NCBI GenBank assembly: GCA_951406725.2
Contig: OX597815.1
Location: forward strand, 176,700,001-176,764,000
Length of the DNA stretch: 64,000 nt
Reading direction: 5' to 3'
Origin: Octopus vulgaris
Lineage: Eukaryota
The notes under the pieces are model-generated. The model ran no database searches. It saw nothing but the letters and a program-made list of their open reading frames with translations, and was not told the DNA's origin. Each line of letters opens with the position of its first letter. Within the stretch, counting starts at the first letter, position 1. Both the position numbers and the translations under genes were made by a program. Positions 26,546 through 41,123 of the stretch are shown piece by piece.

Positions 26546-29499
26546 TATGTATTGTATGTATATAAATAAATATCTAATATATGGCTATTCCAGTGTGTTC
26601 ATTGACGATAGGTTAGAAATGTTCGATTGTGTGTTTCTGTTGATAAATATAAAAAAAAAAGTATTTTGGTTTTCTTTCTTTAGTTTTCTCTTTTAGAAGC
26701 GACTTTGAAAGATTACTTTGTAAATGGATTCATTAAATTAATCATTCTTAACAATTGAGTGCATTAATTAATCAACTAATTTTAAAGATTGTATATGAGA
26801 GAGATTCAGAACTAATCAAGTAGCAGGACAGTGTATTTAGATTGAGATCTCTCATAGAGAATGAATTTACCTACGAGAGTTGATAAATGGAACGAAGATA
26901 AATGCACACAGTAGAGGGTAAAATGTTTGCATGGAGATGGTTGTGGAGTTATTGTTTGAGTGAATAATATTTCACTGCTTTTCATTATTTCACGGTGAAT
27001 GCAGACTCCGATACCATTTACTTCGTTTGTTGTCTTTCATCGTTTCACTTCGCTGTTGTGCTTTTGAAATACACAAAACATTTGCTTTACGCCGCTTTCC
27101 GTAATTTTCCGCAGAATTTCGCTGTTTCCTTTCCCTTTGTGTTGATATTCTAATAGAAAAGTTAATGTAAATATATAATTTACTGGTGTGAATTGTTGTC
27201 GATTCAGCATTATACACGTATCATGCACTTGAAATGCATGAAGAATTTCCTTGATGTGACCGACAACGTGTAACTGAAAAAGAAGAGATCAAACAACAAA
27301 CTGTCATAAAAGAACGAGAACAAGAACCGATTATAAATATTAGACTTGAAGGGAACATTGCCGTGAACTTAAAATATTGTAGCGTGGACGATTCAAAATA
27401 AATGTGAAAATGGTCCCACGGCTCTCTTCGTAAGAACATTTCTGAACCACAGGAACGATTGCACAGTTGAAGAGGAAATACCAAAATCCATTTCTGAAGT
27501 CATTCTTTCAAAGCCACTTCTCCATCTGAACTAACTTGATATCAAATAAGAAAATAATCGAAAAATGTTACTCAAAGTAACAAAAATAATTCTCCGTAAT
27601 TCTGACACAAGGCCAGCAGTTTTAGGAGAATGGTTAAATTGATTAGATCGATGCCAGTGTTTAATTCGTACTTATCCTTTAATTGTCTTTATTAGAACAT
27701 GAAAATCCTTCGGCTCCAAGGAGTCATAGTTATCTTATTTCTCCTTGTTAAGGAGGCACAGTTTCCTGAATTTACGGGGAGACAATATTTTGTGACACCA
27801 TTCCCTTACAGTATTTTCAGAAAGCTGATATATATTAAAAATTCTCTCTGGTACGTGACATTCGCAAGTTTATTTCTTTTACTGTTTCCGTTGAGTAAAT
27901 TTCGGTATCGCCTATTTCTGAGTTTCAATTAGAAAAATATTTGCAGGTCTTTTATCTGCATTATTCGAAGGACCAACGTATGCCTTGTTACTGCATCTGT
28001 TTGTCGAATTATCAAGATCTTTTTTTCTGTTTGGTGTTTTCCAAGATTGTCTTTTAAATTTTTCAATTTTTAAGAAAATTACCGTTAAAATCTCGGGGGC
28101 GTGTACGCTAGCACTGTCTTTAATGTCCGCCTCAATTTCTACTATTCTAAATAAGAAACCCTATTCTAGTGTTGAAGTAAACGTAAGTAAAGAAAATAAA
28201 CGAAAAATGTATAAAGGCATGGCAGGGATCCAGAAACACTGAAAAGACCCGAAGCCTAACAACGCAAAGAATGAAAAATTTAGTTATTGAAATTGCTTTC
28301 AAGAGATTCATAACAGAAGTCTACTCATACAAGCAACAACAGAAAGAGAAGGAAAGAAAGAAGAATGCGATGACAAATATGGAAATATAATTGCGTAAGT
28401 ATTACTTTATTGGTTATTGCCATATATTCATGCATGAAAAATACCACTAGTATTCAATGATTTCCTATCATGAGCTAATAACGCATAAGAAAGTATATCA
28501 TATCAACACCAGGCTAATTCCGTATTCCCGCGTCCGGATAAATATTACATATAAAGCCGTATTATTCAGCTTTGAGTGAATAAGGCGAAAACGCCTAATT
28601 GTAACATAATGCATTAAAATCTGAAATATGGTGTGTGCAAAATACAATATAATGAGAAGCTCGTAAATTGAGACCCGACAATAATTATAATAATCTAATG
28701 GGGCAGACATTATTCCTCAAGGCGCGTAACTGAAAAAAAAAAAGCTGTAGAAGGACACGAATTGATATGAATCTATTCTGGTTTCCACCCAACAAAAGGG
28801 GCTACAATTATGCACTTTATAAAAATTTAGAACGTATTTAAAGATGGTGGTAAACTCCAGCAGACCAGATACGTTCCTAAATGTAAACACAAATATTAGT
28901 TGAAATGGGAAATTTAAGGAAAAAATGGTATTTGAAAAGGAAAAATTAAGAGAAATCAAAGAATTACACTAGAAACATTCTGTACAGAGAAGGCAAATTT
29001 AAAAGACGAGGAAAATGGAATATTATAAACTCAAAAGTAGCGAACCGTCGTCCAGGTATATTGTGTAACAATTAATACCGAAGCAGGAGATGAGATAGCA
29101 AAAGTGTATACGAAGATAAATATATCAAATAGGTAAAAAGGATATAAAGAAGCTGAATGAATGAGAAATTCTGAAGTTAGGAAACAAGCATGAGATTATA
29201 AATGCAGAAATAATTCATGCGTCTCGTTCAATAAAAAATTTTTCTTATGGACTAACGAAGTGTCTCCTGAGGAGAAAATTCAGCCATAAAAAAGGCAATA
29301 ACATAAAAGAGACCTACCCGTCATAGTTTTAATTATATTAGGTATTAAATCACCAGTATTAATAACCTAAATGTAATAATATGTGTTGAAACTAATTTAT
29401 TTACAAGAGTAAGTAGGTTCTGTTTTAGATTTAATTATAAGAGAAAATCAAAGACGGATCAAAGCATATAGGAAGCAATTATGCAGAAAAATATTAAAA

Positions 29500-32400
29500 A
29501 CTAAGAGGAAAAGATTCAGGGAATCAAGAACAAAATTGACATTGAAAGGAAAGACGCATAAAAAAGGAAAGTTAGATAAATGATAGAGCGATATTAAAAC
29601 TACGAAGAAAAAGCACAATTGAAAAGAAATCTCTAAATCGCTAAGAATCGTCCTGTATAAAAAATAGAAGGATTTTTCGAAGAAAGAAATGGGTTCCCCT
29701 CAAACCCAAAGGGAGCTCTTCAGAGAACAGTGTAAAGGTAAACAATAACAGCAAGAGAGAGAGAGAAAATTATTTGGGGGTGGGTATTAGATTTCAGAAA
29801 AGAAACTATCACAAGGTGTTATATTTCAAAACATAAAAAAAGCTTGCCTAATTCTGTAGCTGATAAAATCTGTAGCACAGATACTAAAACCAAAAACGAC
29901 AAGAATTCATGACAATTCGATAATGTTTCAACTTTTGGTTAAAATGTTGAACGACGTCTCATAGGGAACTTAATAGAATTGTTAATGGAAACATTGATGA
30001 AAATGAGACTACATTGAGGTTTCAATTGTTTTCATTCGATGAAGACAAATAAAGAACGTTAATGAGTAAATGACAAGTAATTGTACTCACAGACAAAAAG
30101 TGGGAACCCATCCCCATTAGAAGAAATATCGCGACAAGAATTCTCATTCGGAGACTAAATATAAAAGAAAAAGCTGACAGAAAAACAAGGAAAACAAAGA
30201 CAGCAATACAAATATACACACCTAATGTCTGGTAATAAGAGTTTCTGTTAACTACGAGTGCGAAAACTTAGAGGCATTATGTAATATCAAATACTGGATT
30301 ACAAAAATATCTAAAGAAAATATTTCGCTGTAGGTTATGACTTGAAGAAGAAACACAAAACAGATACGAAAATTATAGAGAGAAAAAAAATGTCCAACAA
30401 CGGGAAACACGGAAAGGCTAAAATCTTAGCTAGAGTAACAACCAGAGAATGCAAGGCAAATTGAAGGAGACAAAATACCTATATGATCCTTAGCTAAAAA
30501 CAATTGAATAGCTTGGAAGAAGGTAAATAAAATTTCCAAAACTGTAATTTTATCTACGGATTGTATTGACGAACTCCGCAACAAATCTTTCATTTTGTAG
30601 AAAGAAGAATGCAGTAAACTTATCTTGTTAAGATTAAAGAAGAAAGAATTAACAAAAAATATTCACTGTCAACCAAGTCTTAGCCAAAATGAAAGAATAC
30701 ATCTCCAGCCATGACATGCTAGTTGATTCAGCTGTGTGTTCGTGTGTATGCGTGTGTGTGTTTGTGTGTGTGCGTGTGTGTATGCATGTGTGTATCTTTG
30801 TGTCTGTGTTTGTCCACACCACTGCGTGACAACCGGTGTTGATGCATTTAACTAATGGTTCGGTAATAGAATATGTATCAGGCTTTAACAAATACAAATG
30901 CAGGTGTCGATTCATTCGACTAATAATTCTTCAAGGTGGTACCGCAAGAATGAAAAATATTAATTATTTTATTCGCGTCTTTTGAACTTCTTAAGAGATG
31001 CGTAAGTTTTTTGTATCCAATGTGGGAATTTCGAAGCATGCTGAGTCATCGTTCATCCTTGTTCTCTTCATGTTCTTAAAGGCGGATTTCATTGCCATTT
31101 GCAAGAAATTATTCTTCCTAATCTATTTTGGTTATTTGATGCTGAGTCTTCACTCTCCTCTCTGATTTTCCTTTTACCCCACTCTTTGTATTTTTGCTAA
31201 TCATTTGAGAATGTGAATCTGTGGTCGTTATTTCTTCATCGTTGCACAATAAACGAGGTTCTACAAATCGGGAGTTTTTGTGGGCGTGGTATCTTCTCAT
31301 TCACATCTCATGCTGTGGTTAACGATAATCCATTCGCCATCCCCACAGGTTTTGTTGCTATTTTAGGGTTTGTTGCTATTTTCAGTGTTGCTGATGATTT
31401 TAATTTTTCTTTTTTTCTTTAATTCTTTTCTTTTTCCCTTAATCTTGCCACTTTTTCTGAACATCATGCTCTCGGCATGTTTTACTCTGCCGAAGCAGCA
31501 AGGCTTTCGCCGTGTATTATTGATCTTTTGTCTTTCGTTCATCGCTACTTCTACTAATCATAGTATCGGTATGTATTTCTTTTTCGATTTGGGGCTGTTA
31601 TTAGCACTTGTAAAGCCACAGTAACTGCCCCTGGCCACATGACACCTTTCGTCCGTGATAGAAACATGCCTCTATAAATGCAAGGTATCATGTACCAATA
31701 AGCTGAAAGACAGAAACCTTGAAGGGACGGAGACAACACCAACAGGGACTGCCTAATGGAAAAGCATTTTCATCACAACACTGAAAATGGAGACAAACCT
31801 GATATCTATGGAGATTTAACTTTTCTTCCTACATCTTACAAAATCTTTGATAACACTAAAAACATGAAGACATAGATAAGATATTATTGCAGGGAATAAA
31901 TGAAGTGTTTGATGACAAGCAAATTATTTGCAAAAGATTTTAATGGGTACTACAAAGGACCATATGACTCTTAAGATTAAATAAAGGATACCGTACAAGA
32001 GAAATAAAGGAAAGAGAATGGCAAAGTATCACAGCCAATAAATTGACACAAACACACTTAACCAGCATGGTCAAATAGACTGAGATATATTGCGATGGTA
32101 GAACAATCGGTTGTCGTTTATATCTCATAAATCATAAAGGATAAGAATTAGAGTTGATGCATTAGGTTTCTATAGAATAATTGTGAGATTCGGATTAAAA
32201 CACTATGTGAAAACAAATTTGATACAGAAACTTACATAAAAGAATTAGGCTCATCACAGAATTACACAAATGCTTGGGAATCAATAAAGTAGACAGAGAA
32301 TAACAATCGCAAATAGAAGAAGAGTTTCGGAAGGAATGTTATCAATGCATCAGATTAATACTTAAAACAGAGTTAATTGCATTCTAATTAGTGATCAGTG

Positions 32401-35150
32401 CCCCCAGTAATAGTTCAAGTTATAACAGTCGCAGCTACAGTCCAACTGAATTATCGAGACTGCATAAAGTCAAGAGAAGTAATTTAGGCAACATCTGACA
32501 AAGAATGAGTATATTCACCAAAAGTAAGACGAAATGACCCGGATGCAACTAGAAAACTGATTAAAATATCAATTACAAATCACTACATGATACGAACAAT
32601 ACAAAAGTCTATTCTATCTTCCAAGAAGCCAGAAAATACCGGAGACTAAAATGTGACAGGTTCGTGACCAAAGCTTGGTTTTGCACTAACACAATAGTGC
32701 TCTCGGTCTCTATATTTTTACGGTTCCTTTCATCAGCCAATCCCACCTATTTTTCCTGCAACTTCTGTTTGTGTAGTCCCTTCTTGCGTAATTCTTCATG
32801 TCCTTTTTGTACTTCTTCCTTTGTTTTTTGGCATTCAGGTTGGATTTCAACACCATCTTCACCCATTTTTTATATTATTATTATTATTATCATTGTCATC
32901 GTTATTATATTTCGTGAGAGCCACATTAATATAGGTTACGAGCACTTTTTACTGCTTGTAGCTCATCTACATTTCTTTTTCTCCTAAGATCGGTCGCTGT
33001 TTGGTGAATTTCATTCTTAGTTAAGGACACCTCCAATGATCCCAAGAAAGAATTAGACTAAACGATGTAAACTCCAAGACCCTACGACAAGACATAAAAG
33101 ATCGCAATGGATACGGTGGCTACTCGCATATAAACGGCGCTGAAGAGCCTTCATATCAACTGAATCTAATCGATTATATAAACATGAAAAGTGTGTAACT
33201 ATTAGTGCTTGCATTCATTTGGACAGTTCTCAACTCTATAAGCTATGACGAATTTAAAGAACTGAAGCTGCATCTTGTAGATAATTCCCTATTCCCTATC
33301 TGTCTTAATATACACTCATTATATTACGGATATAAATATTGTCCACAAGGAAATAAGATGAGGATACATGTTATAGGTGTCAGTATGATAGCAACACCAT
33401 AGAACAATATATATAGATTTACTAGTGAATTATATAATGAAGACAAGAGCGCGTCAATTTATCATGGTACGGTAGGCGAAGTCTCTCAAAATATACCTAA
33501 TGTAGAATACCATTCCTCTTGTACTGTATTCTCACTCTGAGAATACAACAATCCCATCGTGAAAGCTACAAGCCCAGAAGATGTCAACCAGTAAATCGAG
33601 AAACATACAATGGAATATGCACACAGCGCTATATTATGGCAGCATCGATTTCCGATACAAACAGCCCAGAAAAGACGACAAGTTCTACACATGGAACTTT
33701 AACTAGAAATAACAAGTGGCCAGAAACAGTTCAGCAATGAGAGAAGCTGCAGCGTGTGCAAACGTAACCTACAGATAAACTGCAAAACTATTAGTGTTCC
33801 ATTGTATGTAACTCTGTATTAGTGTTCCATTGGAGAGATATTGAAAAGCATTGTAGGGACACCAACAAAGTCTATACAAGAGAAGTGATTTGCAATTTCA
33901 ATGAATGAATAGAGGAACACTGCTTCGTATTTTATAGGAAGAAACCAACATCCATTCTCGATAAACGTATTATAGGAAAAGAATGGTTTGAACAAAAAAT
34001 TACGCAACATCAAATCAGATTGTTGACGCTGTATAAATAGAAAAGAAAACACTCCACATAGATTCAGAATCGTATTATACTAAAACTTTAAATCCTTCAA
34101 GAGTTAAAGCCTTACTATTATTAGACTCAGCTGGATTCCTTACTAGAGGCTGTATGAATATATAGTAGAAAAATTTAAATGGCATTCGGAATCGAGAAAT
34201 GTGGTATGGTGAAGATGAAACAGGGTAAATCCAACACAAGCACAAGAATAGATGTAGTTAATGCTGAGAATACGAAATCGATAAAAGTCAAACAGATATA
34301 TACATGTCTGGGAAAAGAAAAAGCAAAATCATGGAACAGAAAGAAGCTTTTATTAAGTAATATTTAGAGAGGCTCAAAAATAGGAACCTTTGAATAAAAG
34401 GAAATCAATTTTTGAAAAGGAAGAAACTTCGTTCATTTGTTTGTCCAAAAAACAAAAACAAATGAGATGAAGCATATAAAAGAGAGCTGGCTCTGATTAA
34501 AGAAATAAGAGTTGATCAAAGGAGCTGAGGGGAGATAACTTTAGATGCAGAGACAGAGACAGTTGAGGGTAAATCGAATCAAAAGCATGAAATATCATTC
34601 GAGTAAATAGTTTTACTATTTATCCGAATGTAGAATATAATATGATTCAGATGGAACTGTCGCTCGATTTTATCGGAATATCCAAGCAGTTCAAAATTAA
34701 TACAAAATGTGAAGGAATGTGAAGATTTCTAGCTTAATTCGTTGGAACGTTTATAAGAATCTTAGTTTTGCATGTAGAGAAAAGAGCTCTAACTCTTTTG
34801 TGACTGTAGAAATGGATGTCAAGGAAAACAATGAAATGAGATTTTGTTCACAAACCGATCGAAAAAGAGAACAGAATAACCTGGATTTTGTAGTCATTGA
34901 TAAGAAGGTATGTATTATAAGTGACATGCTAAGTTGATACATAGCAAAAACGAAGGAAATAGAAAGTAGAGTATTACACAGACTTCACATACGAAATCCT
35001 CGAATGCTGCAACGAAGACGTTAACAAGTTCAGCAGGCTTTAAAATACCATTGGGAGCTTGGTAACTGTGGCAAATAATTTGGGAGAAAGTGATGCAAAA
35101 TTTGATTTGAATTAGGAACGTTTTAAATTTCCACAGCTTGTTTACTGTGG
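29500..35150. mobile_element. Cluster of old, fragmented R4/Dong relics on both strands
   Basis: Plus strand: MAFGIEKCGMVKMKQGK..YTCLG (34179), QTDRKREQNNLDFVVIDKKVCIISD (~34850), RLILKTELI (~32350), DGRTIGCRLYL (~32095). Minus strand: NLVYCAT (~31250), ETESTIVLVQNQALVT (~32670-32710). Confidence 0.65.
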
Positions 35151-35839
35151 TTACCAAGAAGCATTCGGAATATCCTGTATTAAATTAGACATATACAGAG
35201 TGCAGACCATTTTCTATGTAGAAGGTACGGAATTTTCAGTCTCAGAAATGGAAAGGAGAAAAATAAGAGAATGTTAGATTCAAGCAATGAAGTAAAAACC
35301 AGAAATGATCCTGCTGAATCAGTAATAAGTTGTAGATATAAATATTGCTTTTAGAGGCTTAATGGACTAACGAGGATTAAGAGAAGACAAGAAAAATAAT
35401 GGAAATCTTAAGAATATACCATAAAATATCTGCCACGGATATATTAATATTGAATACGGAACTTTAAGGACATTACGCAAATCTATCCTCGGACTACAAA
35501 CATTTCTAACAAAAGTAATGCAGAACAGCTAGCACCCAAAAGCTGGCTGAAATTACAGGCAGAACAAAGATGTACAACAGAAATTGCTATGAGACCATTA
35601 TGCCATTATGAAGCGATGTCGAAGTATGGCCATTAACTCAAAAGAACTGAATACCTTGAAAGGAAAAGAAAATTGGCAACGCTTACTGAAGTATTGATGC
35701 CAAAGTACTTATAAATGTGGCTCGAGATGAAGGTCTTCCTAATAAAAAAGCGCAATAAAGCAGAACGCAGTAACTGTTTTTATGGAGATTGAGGACGAAA
35801 CAATTTGATAAATTCCACTTTCTGCCAGATCTTATTCTG

Positions 35840-36600
35840 TTATTCTTTCATTCTTTTACTAACTCCTCCATATTTCACTGTCTCCTTCACACATGCACGA
35901 GATAAACTTTCACCACTTCTTCGTCGGGCGTACATTCTGCCATCGGAAACAATCGCATTAAACTTCGATTCATCGCTAAAATGAATCTGCGACCATTGTT
36001 CTTCTCTCCAAACGACATGTTCGTGAGCGAAACGAAGGCGGGCTCTTTGATTCTTCTTGGAGATCAGAGGTTTCTTTTCCGGTGCCCGAGCAAGCAACCC
36101 AGAACCTCGTAACCTCCAAAAAACTGTTTTGCGCGATACGTTGACATCGGAAGTGGAGTTAAACTCGCAGGATATCTCAGCAGTACTCTTAAACCCATCC
36201 TTCAGTGACATTCTAACCATAATACGTGAACAAAATGAGAAATCAGAACATAAAAAACAAAAGCATGGAAAACGAACTTTTTTTCGAACAACGGTCTACC
36301 GGTTTTGGGTTTAGCATTTGTCGATCCTGATGACTTAAAACAAGCTACAATCCGTTGCACAACACTGAATTTGCTATCACAGAATTTGACTTGCCCTCTT
36401 ATTGAAGACATACAATCCTTTGTTTTTCATCGCAGGACACCGGTCGTCTCTTACAAGCAGCCATGTTAACAGTTGAATGTTCCAATGATGTATGATCATA
36501 AGAAATGACTGTTAGCCCATTAACAGTCTTCTAAACAACAAATACCTCGATTAGAGGTTCATTTATTCTAAGTGATCCTTACCTTTTGGCCGTTGCAATT
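35840..36600 (-). mobile_element. Tc1/mariner transposon 5' half (HTH + first catalytic Asp), truncated
   Basis: VQRIV..F..SGST..KPKTGRP, VSRKTV..RLRGSGL, KKPLISKKNQRARLRFAHEH, WSQIHFSDESKFN, TVKYGG; TIR-like caacggccaaaagg near 36597. Confidence 0.9.
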
Positions 36601-36758
36601 TAGATGATTGCTTATTTCCTAATAACTCACGAAATAGATAGATAGATATTATATATATCTGGATATGTGTAAAATATCTTGTCTCAACGTTGTTCATCTT
36701 CTGTAATAATTATTTTGATACACTTGTTCTTATTGACATTATATTATGGCCGGTACCG

Positions 36759-36796
<38 letters not shown>

Positions 36797-37544
36797 CAGA
36801 TATATATATATATAAATACAGAGAGTTGGAGAGGGAGAGAATGAGAGAGAAACTAAAAGTGAGAGATAGAGAGATAGACTGAAAGTGAGAGAGAGAGATA
36901 TTTATAATTAGCCAATAAATAGTAGCAAATAAAATAATATCGCAGTATGATGTTTTCTTTTTGCACCTGAATTGTATGACTTATTGCATTTCAATTGAAC
37001 TGACCAAAAATCCATACCTAAGTGTCATTGATGCTTGTCAAGTTACTATTTAGATATCAGAGAAGTAATCTATTCGTAATCACCTATAATTACCACAGAC
37101 TGTTTACACTCTTCATTCTTTTTTTTATTACACTCTACATATCTGGTTGTGGAATATATCAGTTTGAATACCTATCAGACTATTGGCAAAGTATAGGCTG
37201 GGAGGAGGGCGAGTAGAAAGACGACAGAGTTACAAGCATTAAAAACAACGATGCAAAGGAAGTAGGCGTTCTTGTAACATGCAAAAGCGGACATTTCGCC
37301 CTCCTTTATTTATATCTCCTCTGTTTTTCATGGGACAAGATAATCTTAATTACGTTTTATAAGTTTAACTTCTGGATAGCAGTCTCCCTTTCTCTGACTG
37401 TATGTCTGTATGCCTGCCTCTCTAAAACAGACCTAATAGGAGGGCCGGCATTTTTAGTCCTTCATTTCAATGTTTTAAAAGAATAACCTCCTTCACTTAT
37501 GATGGACGCTGATTCATTGTTTCTGATTGAATCAACAAAAATTT

Positions 37545-37649
37545 ATACATACATACATACATACATACATACATACATACATACATACATACATACATAC
37601 ATACATACATACATACATACATACATACATACATACATACATACATACA

Positions 37650-37678
<29 letters not shown>
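37545..37678. repeat. (TACA)n microsatellite
   Basis: Direct reading. Confidence 0.98.
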
Positions 37679-37680
<2 letters not shown>

Positions 37681-37713
37681 GTCTTCCCTTCTCTGGATCT
37701 TTCCTTCTACTAT

Positions 37714-37748
37714 GTTTCCGACGAAGAGCTCCGCTCGAAACGTTAAAC
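37714..37748 (+). ncRNA. Minimal type I hammerhead ribozyme motif (U4C core variant), Penelope-like
   Basis: GTTT-CCGACGA-A-GAGC(TCC)GCTC-GAAA-CG-TT-AAAC. Stem I GTTT/AAAC, stem II GAGC/GCTC, palindromic ACGT stem III, GUU site; lies in a ~170-bp insert between (TACA)n tracts. Confidence 0.7.
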
Positions 37749-38489
37749 CCTCTTTCTTCCCTTCCTTCCTGAGCGTCCAATAATACTATATTTGTTCCAC
37801 GTCCTCGCTTTGTTGTGTTTTCTCTTTGTGTTTTCATGTTTGGATTAACTTTACATACATATATACATACATACAAACAGATAGACAGACAGACAGACCA
37901 TATGTTTTTTATGAAGGACAAGGAGCAAACGTCATGCACTGTTGTAGAGGTACCTACACAGTAGATGTGAATGAACAAACAAAAGTACCAGAAAAGAGAA
38001 TATTTATAGTGAATTAATGCTATCGTACTTCAGCTAGAAATCTTCATTTGTACCTGTCATTATATGTGCATTAGACTATGTAAATTTGTAGGCTACGTAC
38101 CAAAACATTTACGCAAAAACCTAAAAATACTAGGTTTTTCGAAGGAAAAGCCAGATATACAGGCGTGGAACCTCCAAATCCATTTACTAGCGACACAATG
38201 AAGGTTTGTAAGATGCTCCAAATATTATCCATCTGAGATTCCTGTGTAGATAGATGCACTCACTTGGGTGTACGTATGGGCAGCTCGACCAACACACCAA
38301 CTCAACCATGTATTTACAAACATCTGGTACTCTCTTAATTCAAAAACTCTTGTCGCTTTGTATGTAACCGGCTTGAATCCTTTCAAGAAAAACTTGAATT
38401 AGACTCAAAGAAAAGCCATTTCAACATAAACGCATGCATGCACGTATATATACATGCATGCAAGCATACACACATACTAACATGCATAC

Positions 38490-38660
38490 ATACATGGTGG
38501 CTGCCCCCTCGTTATCGAGTATGGCCATTGCACGAAGCTTAATCAATGTTGTTATCGTGCAATGTCTGTGCAAGAAGATTTTTTTAAAGTGAGGAAAGGC
38601 TGTGCACTGAGTCCATCCCACTTACTAAGCAACAGCAGCCATAATCCGAAAAGAAGAACA
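38490..38660 (-). mobile_element. Possible RTE-type LINE 3' end
   Basis: Ends ggccatactcgataacgagggggcagcc then (TGTA)n; short terminal stem-loop ctcg-ataa-cgag. Confidence 0.35.
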
Positions 38661-39328
38661 AGTCAACATACATACATAGATACATACATACGTACATATG
38701 CGCACAGATTCTGTACTTACATCATGGTATTTTAACTCGGATTGTAGGCAAGTGTATAAGTAAAGGAATTGAAATAAATGCATGATGTTGTAAGCTACAA
38801 GGATAGGAGAAGGTAGACGGAGAGAGAGAGAGAGAGAAAGGAGAGGGAAAGAGAAAGAGAAAAAGAGAGAAAGAGTGAGAGAGAGAAATCGGATTAAATT
38901 ATCAAACGGTATGTAGAGGTAGTGGAAGACAGAACAATGACCTCCACCACATCCTAATATTCAATTAAAAAGACATACAGAATAGTTTTATGAATTTTGA
39001 AAGAGCAATCAAAAGTTTCACATAAGATTATACAAAGATGGACATAGTCGTAAATATATAGGCTCTAAAGTTGCATAAAATATATACAAAACTCACAGCG
39101 TACAAGGCACAGCTGTATACTCATGTAAAGAATCTCGTGTTAGGTTTTCTCTTTCCTCTTAACCACTAAATAATTAATTTCACTTTACAAATGTTAATAA
39201 TTATAATAACTTATTGGCTTTTATTACTAATTTCAACATACAGACAATGGAAATGAGAGAAGGAAGTTGCGTGATTCGCTAATTTTTCTCCACTCCACGC
39301 AATGGAAGATAAACTTTAGGTAATCTAC

Positions 39329-39510
39329 AGTAGAAGATATTACACTGCTCTTTATAAAATATAGAAAAGTAGAATATATTACCATTGCTCCTTATAAAAT
39401 TCAGAAAGAAGATATTACACTGATCTTTCTAAGATTTATTAAAGTAGAAGATATTACACTGCTCTTTATAAAATTTAGAAAAGTATTAAACTGCTTTTTC
39501 TAAAATTTAT
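39329..39510 (+). repeat. Degenerate ~33-40 nt minisatellite (agtagaagatattacactgctctttataaaat), about 5 units
   Basis: Units visible at ~39329, 39368, 39405, 39443 and 39477. Confidence 0.85.
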
Positions 39511-39799
39511 AAACTGCATAAATTTTATCGAGGCTATTTTGTTAGATATAAGAAATAACATCTGCTCACTAATTATGTTTCTAAAGAACACAATAAAAAG
39601 GACAAAATGCTTGATATCCGAATTTTCAGTAATAATAACTTTTAGTAAATGAAAAATAAAGTAAATGTTGAATACAGAATTAATCTTAAAGATAAGAAGG
39701 TTGAAACCTGATACAACAGTTCGATTCCTAGTAACAATCAATATCCTGTGTGTAAATTAGATATTTTATATATGTATGTACGCAGGTATGTCTGTCATT

Positions 39800-40165
39800 A
39801 TTCAGTTTTATTTCAAGATCTCTTGTCAATAGAGAAAGAGCCGTGTTCTCACCTAGATCTAAGACCCTTTTATTGAAATTTCAAGATCAGCAGGGTGTTT
39901 TTTTTTGTTTGTATGTATATGTGTAGATTTATATGTTTTGTTCTATGTATGTATTCTCATGCATAAAGTTGCATGTCTAGACATGTTTATATATACTGAA
40001 ATGATAAACTTCTGGAAAGTTTTACAGATTTTTACAATTGCACTGATGGATTGCTTCTGCAGTTTTGAATCGGCTTTCTCATTTCTCGTTTTTAGAAGCC
40101 TAATTTCTCAAAATTGGTATGTATGTATGTATGTTGTTCAGTTTTATTTCAAACAGGTGTATTAG
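39800..40165 (+). repeat. Interspersed repeat family associated with (TGTA)n; other copies at 45203-45480 (+) and a tandem pair at 56410-57170 (-)
   Basis: Shared tcagttttatttcaagat..agagaaagagc..tttcta..gaaatttcaa and aaacttctggaaagttttacagatt; class unknown. Confidence 0.8.
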
Positions 40166-40226
40166 TTTTGTACATTATTTACATTATGTGCAATCTCTCT
40201 CTCTCTCTCCCTCTGTAATTATATAT

Positions 40227-40274
<48 letters not shown>

Positions 40275-40748
40275 GGGGGAATAATATGTAAGGATAAGCA
40301 TGTTAGGCAGGTCAATATACAAAGCATATAAAATACATGAAATACTGAAAATGTATGTTTACATAGAAAAAGGTTTCACCTACACAGACTCGAAATGATA
40401 TCAAGAATTAAAGGAGCTGAAGAAAAGAATTACAAATCCCAAAACTGTTTCTGGGTGGTCCAAAATGATGTTTGTACATTGATTGCCTCGCCGGATGAGA
40501 CGAGCCCCTGTCTTCAGGGAAAAGGTCTTACATTTGAGGGGGTAACAGAAAGAAGTTCAAAGATGAACCTCTTTTTCTGAACATCTCAAATGAAACTGAC
40601 ATCCTCCTGTGCACAACACCGCCTGAATCGACGGCGCGGCATGTAATAGAGGCGAGCGGGGAGGAACCAGACTATCTCAAATACCAATTTGGCCAACAAC
40701 TCGGACTAATACAGATACAGGATTCATGTTAAACCCACTAGTCTGAGG

Positions 40749-40800
<52 letters not shown>

Positions 40801-40802
<2 letters not shown>

Positions 40803-41059
40803 CGGAGATGTACTCGCATAGCAAGTAATTTGATCTGAGATCGTGTGCTGAAACGAAAACAATTGCAGCGTGGAAGGTGTTTAAATGTTAGAAGCCGATT
40901 CACTTCAACATTTAAGTTTTGTGTGTTTCTCGCTAAATGGCTTATACAAAGTCCGTTCACGGACTTTGTCAGTGAACAGGTCGCGGATTTTATATTTTGA
41001 CAAATTATAAATGTTGAAGTGATCGATTTTGTGTGTTTCTTAAATGGCTTATAAACACC
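40801..41059. mobile_element. Small fold-back element in (TA)n, probably Penelope-derived
   Basis: Inverted segments aggtgttta..ttcacttcaacattta / taaatgttgaagtga..taaacacct, central hairpin acaaagtccgt-tc-acggactttgt (40946-40969), and a hammerhead-like remnant. Confidence 0.5.
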
Positions 41060-41090
<31 letters not shown>

Positions 41091-41123
41091 GGAGTTTAAC
41101 ACAGGTATAAATCAAATACTTTT

